Source: Heptranchias perlo
Taxonomy: Eukaryota
Length of the DNA: 64,000 nt
Assembly: GCF_035084215.1 (NCBI RefSeq)
Contig: NW_027139268.1
Coordinates: 372,001-436,000 of the forward strand
Reading direction: 5' to 3'
Shown piece by piece: positions 55,270-64,000 of the stretch; the first letter of the stretch is position 1, and each line of letters opens with the position of its first letter. A program made the position numbers and the translations under genes. The notes beneath the pieces were generated by a model. That model was not told the DNA's origin and did not search any database. It saw only the letters and a program-made list of their open reading frames with translations.

Positions 55270-58058
55270 TCTCTGGAATTTCAGTGGGATGAGAACAGAT
55301 CTGGTCCCGGGTAAATTGGAATCAAAGATTGTCAGGCAAAACTGTAATTGAACAGTGGGCGGCCTTTAAGGAGGAGATGATTCGGGTACAGTCTCCACGA
55401 GGGGGAAAGGTCGGGCAACTAAAGCCAGAGCTCCCTGGATGACAAAAGAGATAGAGAGTAAGATGAAACAGAAAAAAGGAGCATATTACAGATGTCAGGT
55501 TGATAATACAAGTGAGAACCAGGCAGAATATAGAAAGTTCAGAGGGGAAGTGAAAAAGGAAATAAGAGGGGCAAAGAGAGAGTCTGAGAATAGACTGGCG
55601 GCCAACATAAAAGGGAATCCAAAAGTCTTCTGCAGGTATCTAAACAGTAAACAGGTAGTAAGAGGAGGGGTGGGGCCGATTAGGGACCATAAAGGAGATC
55701 TACTCATGGAGGCAGAGGAGATGGCCAAGGTACTAAATGAGTAATTTGCATCTGTCTTTACCAAGGAAGAAGATGCTGCCAGAGTCTCAGTAAAGGAAGA
55801 TATAGTTCAGGTACTGGATGGGCTAAAAATTGATAAAGAGGAGGTACTTGAAAGGCTAGCTGTATTTAAAGTAGATCAGTCACCCAGTCCGGATGGGATG
55901 CATCCTAGGTTGCTGAGGGAAGTAAGGGTGGAAATTGCGGAGATACTGGCCATAATCTTCCAAACATCCGTAGATACAGGGGTGGTGCCAGAGGACTGGA
56001 GAATTGCAAAAGTTATATCCTTGTTCAAAAAAAGGTGTAAGGATAAACCCAGCAACTACAGGTCAGTCAGTTTAACCTCAGTGGTGGGGAAACTTTTAGA
56101 AACGATAATCTGGGACAGAATTAACAGTCACTTGGACGAGTGTGAATTGATTAGGGAAAGCCAGCACGGATAAAAAGGCCTGGTACCAACTCAGATCGGC
56201 AGATTGGTGAGGTCTGGTGTGCAGATTGGAGGATGTGGGATTTAGTAGTGCGCAACCTTTATTCAATGTTTTAACATAACTCATCAGTGTGTAAACATAG
56301 GGATGGGACCTGCATCGTGTTTTACGTGTGCGATGTCTGATCTCCGTTCAGACTCCGTGCAGACTGTTATTTTCAGCAAATAACAGGTACCAGCTCCCTT
56401 TAAGAGATTTCTGACAAACATCCTCCCTTTAAGAGATTGGACTCCCTCTGGTGGTGGAAAGTGTGAATTGCATTGATTCCAGGTGCAAGGCCTGGGATGG
56501 AACGCTGATCGCAGGTCGGTCCTCGGGTGGGTCGAAACTTGCATCCTGCCTGCGCCGGGACCATTGGACACGGGGTAAAGCACATCACGCTGCCCCCGCC
56601 CAAAAACGGCCACATCCAAATTTTTCCCCCGATGTTTCCACTTGTGGCAGAGGCCAGAACGAGGGGCCATAAATATAAGAGAGTCACTAATAAATCCAAT
56701 GGGGAATTCAGGAGAAACTCAGAGAGTGGTTTGAATGTGGAGCTCGCTCTCACAAGGAGTAGTTGAGGCGAATAGCACAGATGCCTTTAAGGGGAAGCTG
56801 GATAAACACATGAGGGAGAAAGGAATAGAAGGATATGCTGATCGGGGGAGATGAAGTAACCTGATACAGTTTTTTGATGAGGTAACAGAGAGAGTAGATG
56901 AGGGCAATGCAGTTGATGTGATGTATATGGACTTCCAAAAGGCGTTTGATAAAGTGCCGCATGGTCGGCTTATCATCAAGATTGCGGCCCATGGAATAAA
57001 GGGGGCAGTAGGGACAGGAAACAGAGAGTAGTGGTGAACGGTTGTTTTTCGGACTGGAGGGAGGTGCACAGTAGTGTTCCCCAGGGGTCGGTGCTGGGAC
57101 CACTGCTTTTCTTGATATATATTAATGACTTCAACTTGGGTGTACGGGGCACAATTTCAAAATTTGCAGATGGCACAAAGCTCGGAAAGGTAGTGAACAG
57201 TGAGGATAGTGATAGACTTCAAGAGGATATAGACAGGCTGGTGGAATGGGCAGACACGTGGCAGATGAAATTTAATGCAGAAAAACGCGAAGTGATACAT
57301 TTCGATAGGAAGAACGAGGAGAGGCAATATAAACTAGAGGGCACAACTCTAAAAGGGTACAGGAACAGAGAGATCTGGGGGTATATGTGCACAAATCATT
57401 CAAGGTAGCAGGGCAGGTTGAGAAAGCGGTTAAAAAAACATCCTGGATCCTGGGCTTTTTAAATAGAGGCATAGAGTACAAAAGTATGGAAGTCATGATG
57501 AACCTTTATAAAACACTGGTTCGGCCACAACGGGAGTATTGTGTCCAGTTCTGGGCACCGCACTTTAGGAAGGATGTGAAGGCCTTGGAGAGGGTGCAGA
57601 ATAGATTTACCAGAATGATTCCAGGGATGAGGGACTTTAGTTATGTGGATGGACTGGAGAAGCTAGGGTTGTTCTCCTTGGAACAGAGACGGTTGCGAGG
57701 AGATTTGATCGAGGTGTTTAAAATCATGAAGAAACTATTCCCATTGACAGAAGGGTTAAAAACCAGAGGTCATAGATTTAAGGTGATTGGCAAAAGAAGC
57801 AAAGGTGACTTGAGGAAAAACTTTTTTACACAGCGAGTGGTTAGGATCTGGAATGCACGGCCCGAGGGGGTGGTGGAGGCAGATTCAATCGTGGACTTCA
57901 AAAGGGAACTGGATAAGTAATGAAAGGAAAAAATTTGGAGGGCTACAGGGATAGGGCAGGGGAGTGGGACGAGCTGGATTGCTCTTGGATAGAACCAGCA
58001 CGGACTCGATGGGCCGAATGGCCTCCTTCCGTGCTGTCACCTTTCTGTGATTCGATGA
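55270..58058 (+). mobile_element. CR1 LINE, 5'-truncated and degenerate, interrupted at 56176-56858
   Basis: MHPRLLRE..VPEDWR..NYRSVSL, DFQKAFDKVPH, VPQGSVLGP, KFADGTKL and YCVQFWAP..LRGDLIE, plus a CR1 3' end. Confidence 0.93.
56176..56858 (+). repeat. 683-bp direct repeat, copy 2 (inserted in the CR1 RT)
   Basis: Interrupts CR1 between ESQHG and NLIQFFDEVT. Confidence 0.95.
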
Positions 58059-58509
58059 ACAAGTTGCCTGCATGCCCAGTGTGTGTGGGTGGACTGCAAG
58101 TGTTGGAAAGGGGACTGGCGACCAATAGAAAGTATCTCGAGTTATAGGAGGTGTGTGGGGTTAATGGGGACCAGTGATATCAGACACTGTGGTCTCCTGC
58201 ACCTTCCTCGATTCCCTGGGGGGGGGGGGTCGCAGAGGAATCTCCCAGAGTGTTTGCTTTCCTAACTTGGCCTCAGTTTCATCCTCTTTCTTTGGCCTCT
58301 CCCAGGAGATTGTGTGACTGTGGGAGGGAGAGGGTGCTGATGGTGTGTGTGTGTGTGTTGTTTCACCGTGCCAAGACAGGACAGGCTTGATGGACCCGCC
58401 TGTCCTGATTTCATCTGTTTGTTAGTAACCCTGGCAACGCAGCTTTAGAAGAGGAGAAACAAGTGGCAGCGATGATTTCATTCCAACGTTCAAGGTGCTC
58501 ACATCAAAT

Positions 58510-59020
58510 CCCTCAGTGCTGCCCCTCCCTCAGTGCTGCTCCTCCCTCAGTGCTGCCCCTCCCTCAGTACTGCCCCTCCCTCAGTGCTGCCCCTCCCTCA
58601 GTGCTGCCCCTCCCTCAGTGCTGCCCCTCCCTCAGTGCTGCCCCTCCCTCAGTGCTGCCCCTCCCACAGTGCTGCCCCTCCCTCAGTGCTGCCCCTCCCT
58701 CAGTGCTGCCCCTCCCTCAGTGCTGCCCCTCCCTCAGTGCTGCCCCTCCCACAGTGCTGCCCCTCCCTCAGTGCTGCCCCTCCCTCAGTGCTGCCCCTCC
58801 CTCAGTGCTGCCCCTCCCTCAGTGCTCCCCTCCCTCAGTGCTGCCCCTCCCACAGTGCTGCCCCTCCCACAGTGCTGCCCCTCCCTCAGTGCTGCCCCTC
58901 CCTCAGTGCTGCCCCTCCCACAGTGCTGCCCCTCCCTCAGTGCTGCACTGGGAGTGCCAGCCGAGATTTTGTGCTCCAGTCTCTGGAGTGGGTCTTGAAC
59001 CCACAACCTTCTGAACCAGA
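58510..59020 (-). mobile_element. Deu-domain SINE 5' part with a 17-bp expansion (CTGCCCCTCCCTCAGTG, 58510-58944)
   Basis: SINE head reverse-complementary to 59030-59110, with 17-bp periodicity. Confidence 0.8.
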
Positions 59021-59029
59021 GGTGAGAGT

Positions 59030-62000
59030 AAGAAGGTCGTGGTTTCAGGCCCCACTCCAGAGATTTGAGCGCATAATCTGGGCTGACACTCCAGGGCAGT
59101 ACTGAGGGAGTGATGCATTGTCGGAGGGGCAGTACTGAGGGAGTGCTGCACTGTCGGAGAGGCAGTACTGAGGGAGTGCTGCACTGTCGGAGGGGCAGTA
59201 CTGAGGGAGTGATGCACTGTTGGAGAGGCAGTACTGAGGGAGCGCCGCAATGTCGGAGGGGCAGTACTGAGGGAGTGATGCACTGTCAGAGAGGCAGTAC
59301 TGAGGGAGTGATGCACTGTCAGAGAGGCAGTACTGAGGGAGTGCTGCACTGTCGGAGAGGCAGTACTGAGGGAGTGATGCACTGTTGGAGAGGCAGTACT
59401 GAGGGAGCGCCGCAATGTCGGAGGGGCAGTACTGAGGGAGAGCTGCACTGTCAGAGAGGCAGTACTGAGGGAGTGCTGCACTGTCGGAGAGGCAGTACTG
59501 AGGGAGAGCTGCACTGTCAGAGAGGCAGTACTGAGGGAGTGATGCACTGTCGGAGGGGCAGTACTGAGGGAGTGATGCAATGTCAGAGAGGCAGTACTGA
59601 GGGAGTGCTGCACTGTTGGAGAGGCAGTACTGAGGGAGAGCTGCACTGTCAGAGAGGCAGTACTGAGGGAGTGATGCACTGTCGGAGGGGCAGTACTGAG
59701 CGAGTGATGCACTGTCAGAGAGGCAGTACTGAGGGAGTGATGCACTGTCAGAGAGGCAGTACTGAGGGAGTGATGCACTGACGTAGGGGCAGTACTGAGG
59801 GAGTGCTGCACTGTCGGGGGGCAGGACTGGGGGAGAGCTGCACTGTCAGAGAGGCAGGACTGAGGGAGTGATGCACTGTCGGAGGGGCAGTACTGAGGGA
59901 GTGATGCACTGTCAGAGGGTCAGTACTGAGGGAGAGCTGCACTGACGTAGGGGCAGTACTGAGGGAGTGCTGCACTGTCGGAGGGGCAGTACTGAGGGAG
60001 AGCTGCACTGACGTAGGGGCAGTACTGAGGGAGTGCTGCACTGTCAGAGGGGCAGTACTGAGGGAGCGCTGCACTGTCGGAGGGGCAGTACTGAGGGAGT
60101 GATGCACTGTCGGAGGGGCAGTACTGAGGGAGTGATGCACTGTCAGAGAGGCAGTACTGAGGGAGTGATGCACTGTCGGAGGGGCAGTACTGAGGGAGTG
60201 CTGCACTGACGGAGGGGCAGTACTGAGGGAGTGCTGCACTGACGGAGAGGCAATACTGAGGGAGTGATGCATTGTCGGAGGGGCAGTACTGAGGGAGTGA
60301 TGCACTGACGGAGGGGCAGTACTGAGGGAGTGCTGCACTGACGGAGGGGCAGTACTGAGGGAGTGCTGCACTGACGGAGGGGCAGTACTGAGGGAGTGAT
60401 GCACTGACGGAGGGGCAGTACTGAGGGAGTGCTGCACTGTCGGAGGGGCAGTACTGAGGGAGTGATGCACTGACGGAGGGGCAGTACTGAGGGAGTGCTG
60501 CACTGACGGAGGGGCAGTACTGAGGGAGTGATGCATTGTCGGAGAGGCAGTACTGAGGGAGTGATGCATTGTCGGAGAGGCAATACTGAGGGAGTGATGC
60601 ATTGTCGGAGAGGCAGTACTGAGGGAGTGATGCATTGTCGGAGAGGCAGTACTGAGGGAGTGATGCATTGTCGGAGAAGCAGTACTGAGGGAGTGATGCA
60701 TTGTCGGAGAGGCAGTACTGAGGGAGTGATGCATTGTCGGAGGGGCAGTACTGAGGGAGTGATGCAATGTCGGAGGGTCAGTACTGAGGGAGTGATGCAC
60801 TGTTGGAGAGGCAGTACTGAGGGAGTGATGCACTGTCGGAGGGGCAGTACTGAGGGAGTGATGCACTGTCGGAGGGGCAGTACTGAGGGAGTGATGCACT
60901 CTCGGAGAGGCAGTACTGAGGGAGTGATGCATTGTCGGAGAGGCAGTACTGAGGGAGTGATGCATTGTCGGAGGGGCAGTACTGAGGGAGTGATGCACTG
61001 TGGGAGGGGCAGTACTGAGGGAGTGATGCATTGTCGGAGAGGCAGTACTGAGGGAGTGATGCATTGTCGGAGAGGCAGTACTGAGGGAGTGATGCATTGT
61101 CGGAGAGGCAGTACTGAGGGAGTGATGCATTGTCGGAGGGGCAGTACTGAGGGAGTGATGCATTGTCGGAGGGTCAGTACTGAGGGAGTGATGCACTGTT
61201 GGAGAGGCAATACTGAGGGAGTGATGCATTGTCGGAGAGGCAGTACTGAGGGAGTGATGCATTGTCGGAGAGGCAGTACTGAGGGAGTGATGCATTGTCG
61301 GAGAGGCAGTACTGAGGGAGTGATGCATTGTCGGAGGGGCAGTACTGAGGGAGTGATGCATTGTCGGAGGGGCAGTACTGAGGGAGTGCTGCACTGACGG
61401 AGAGGCAATACTGAGGGAGTGATGCATTGTCGGAGGGGCAGTACTGAGGGAGTGATGCACTGACGGAGGGGCAGTACTGAGGGAGTGCTGCACTGACGGA
61501 GGGGCAGTACTGAGGGAGTGCTGCACTGACGGAGGGGCAGTACTGAGGGAGTGATGCACTGACGGAGGGGCAGTACTGAGGGAGTGCTGCACTGTCGGAG
61601 GGGCAGTACTGAGGGAGTGATGCACTGACGGAGGGGCAGTACTGAGGGAGTGCTGCACTGACGGAGGGGCAGTACTGAGGGAGTGATGCATTGTCGGAGA
61701 GGCAGTACTGAGGGAGTGATGCATTGTCGGAGAGGCAATACTGAGGGAGTGATGCATTGTCGGAGAGGCAGTACTGAGGGAGTGATGCATTGTCGGAGAG
61801 GCAGTACTGAGGGAGTGATGCATTGTCGGAGAAGCAGTACTGAGGGAGTGATGCATTGTCGGAGAGGCAGTACTGAGGGAGTGATGCATTGTCGGAGGGG
61901 CAGTACTGAGGGAGTGATGCATTGTCGGAGGGTCAGTACTGAGGGAGTGATGCACTGTTGGAGAGGCAGTACTGAGGGAGTGATGCACTGTCGGAGGGGC

Positions 62001-63200
62001 AGTACTGAGGGAGTGATGCACTGTCGGAGGGGCAGTACTGAGGGAGTGATGCACTCTCGGAGAGGCAGTACTGAGGGAGTGATGCATTGTCGGAGAGGCA
62101 GTACTGAGGGAGTGATGCATTGTCGGAGGGGCAGTACTGAGGGAGTGATGCACTGTGGGAGGGGCAGTACTGAGGGAGTGATGCATTGTCGGAGAGGCAG
62201 TACTGAGGGAGTGATGCATTGTCGGAGAGGCAGTACTGAGGGAGTGATGCATTGTCGGAGAGGCAGTACTGAGGGAGTGCTGCACTGTCGGAGGGGCAGT
62301 ACTGAGGGAGTGATGCACTGTCGGAGAGGCAGTACTGAGGGAGTGATGCATTGTCGGAGAGGCAGTACTGAGGGAGTGATGCATTGTCGGAGGGGCAGTA
62401 CTGAGTGAGTGATGCATTGTCGGAGGGGCAGTACTGAGGGAGTGATGCATTGTCGGAGAGGCAATACTGAGGGAGTGATGCATTGTCGGAGGGACAGTAC
62501 TGAGGGAGTGATGCATTGTCGGAGAGGCAGTACTGAGGGAGTGCTGCACTGTCGGAGGGGCAGTACTGAGGGAGTGATGCACTGTCGGAGAGGCAGTACT
62601 GAGGGAGTGATGCATTGTCGGAGAGGCAGTACTGAGGGAGTGATGCATTGTCGGAGGGGCAGTACTGAGGGAGTGATGCATTGTCGGAGGGGCAGTACTG
62701 AGGGAGTGATGCATTGTCGGAGAGGCAATACTGAGGGAGTGATGCATTGTCGGAGAGGCAATACTGAGGGAGTGATGCATTGTCGGAGGGACAGTACTGA
62801 GGGAGTGATGCATTGTCGGAGAGGCAGTACTGAGGGAGTGCTGCACTGTCGGAGGGGCAGTACTGAGGGAGTGCTGCATTGTCGGAGGGGCAGTACTGAG
62901 GGAGTGCTGCACTGTCGGAGATGCCGTCCTTCAGATGAGACGTTAAATCGAGGCCCCGTCTTCCTGTTCAAACGAACATAAAAAGAACCAATTGCTCCCA
63001 TTTCTCCCTCAATCCACACCAATAAAAACAGATGAACAAATCAATCATCTCATTGCCATTTGCTGTGCTGAAAATGTCTGCCATGTTACTCCCAGATAGT
63101 GCCAATGACCAGGTCATCCCAAGTCATTTAATGGGTGTAAAGTGGTTCGGGACATTTCTCCGAGACAGGATAAGGCTCTATATGGATACAAATCCTTTCC
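59030..63200 (+). mobile_element. Deu-domain SINE with a 3.8-kb internal 33-bp expansion (59095-62920, about 115 copies)
   Basis: Head (..CCACTCCAGAGATTTGAGCGCATAATCTGGGCTGACACTCC), array, then GCCGTCCTTCAGATGAGACGTTAAATCGAGGCCCC and a degenerate tail. Confidence 0.88.
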
Positions 63201-63243
63201 TCCTGTCAGTCGATAGCTGCACCGAATCTGTGAGGATACTCAC

Positions 63244-63504
63244 TCGAGGCACCGTGTTGCTGTCGGTAAAATATCTCGGCGTTTCCTCTGACCAGACCAT
63301 GGAACCCCGCCATTGTGATGGCGATGGCGTCCCAGTGATGGTTGTCGAAGGAGTCGGCCATCCACTGCTGTCTGGGCACAGTCCGCTGAAGGGTGCTGTC
63401 GAAATACACTATCTCATAGTCATCGAGCATCGCGACCAAGCTGTACTCGGGCATCTCGGCCCCGCCACGGCTCAGTATGTAGTAAAATGCGAGGATGTGG
63501 AAAT
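63244..63504 (-). CDS. MHC class I heavy chain, alpha1 exon
   Basis: 261 bp, ctgcag|...|gtgagt, phase 1-1. DFHILAFYY..PEYSLVAMLDDYEIVYFDS..VPRQQWM..HWD follows the alpha1 pattern (H3, DD..YxDS, PRxxW, W60). Confidence 0.94.
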
Positions 63505-63591
63505 CTGCAGGATCACAGACAGAAACCAGTCTCAAAAATGACGTTAATCATAAGTAACTCAAAGTGGAAACGGCTAATGCTGAGCCTGGTT

Positions 63592-64000
63592 AGACCATAA
63601 GACCATAAGAGATAGCAGCAGGAGTAGGCCATTCAGCCCCTCGAGCCTGCTCCGCCATTCAATGAGATCATGGCTGATCTGATTTTTACCTCAACTCCAC
63701 TTTCCCGCCCTTTCCCCATATCGTTTGACTCCCTTGCTGATCAAAAATTTGTCTAACTCAGCCTTGAATGTGTTCAATGACTCCACAGCTTTTTGGGATA
63801 AAGAATTCCAAAGATTCACAACCCTCTGGGAGAAGAAATTCCTCCTCATTTCCGTCTTAAACGGGCAACCCCTTATTCTGAGACTATGCCCCCTAGTTTT
63901 AGATTCCCCCATGAGGGGTAACGTCCTCTCAGCATCTACCCTATCGAGTCCCCTCAGAATCTTGTATTTTTCATAAGATCTCCTCTCATTCTTCTAAACT
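63592..64000 (-). mobile_element. CR1 LINE 3' end, running off the right edge
   Basis: TRGHSLRI..MRRNFFSQRVVNLWNSL, with a (CATAAGA)n tail at about 63592-63612. Confidence 0.9.

Noticed and set aside
58903-63022. ORFs up to 1054 aa of HHSLSTAPPT-type repeats (mucin-like appearance)
   Set aside because: 33-bp SINE-derived minisatellite in an intron, open on both strands, with no signal peptide or splice context.
63505-64000. MHC I leader exon or promoter
   Set aside because: No ATG-hydrophobic segment with a phase-1 donor found. The interval is mostly CR1, so exon 1 presumably lies beyond the window.

Overview
Repeat-dominated vertebrate genomic DNA. The Deu-domain SINEs, CR1/L2 LINEs and MHC sequence style suggest a cartilaginous fish (shark); this is inference. 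The window holds two convergent host loci. (1) Minus strand: an apparently intact, highly non-classical MHC class I heavy-chain gene, with alpha1 63504-63244, alpha2 54610-54335, alpha3 51808-51536 and TM/cytoplasmic 47496-47306. All junctions are phase 1; no leader exon was found in the window. (2) Plus strand: the 3' half of a TRIM/B30.2 (PRY-SPRY) pseudogene, exons 20167-20188, 20301-20420 and 42187-42717. Its last intron is inflated to 21.8 kb by a 37-bp satellite that appears to derive from the exon/splice-donor junction itself. Inserted in that satellite is a young LTR element (30027-36194): 672-bp LTRs with 2 differences, TCGG target-site duplication, tRNA-Leu PBS and PPT. It has no recognisable pol but carries a decayed env whose layout resembles paramyxo/pneumovirus F proteins (lokiretrovirus-like). 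The remainder is a 14-kb 37-bp satellite, a second LTR with a tRNA-Asn PBS followed by a PBS-like tandem array, LINE/SINE fragments, a Harbinger-derived element, several minisatellites seeded from SINE/LINE sequence, and a 683-bp local duplication bracketing the MHC alpha2 exon. The long ORFs in the supplied track are almost all tandem-repeat artefacts.
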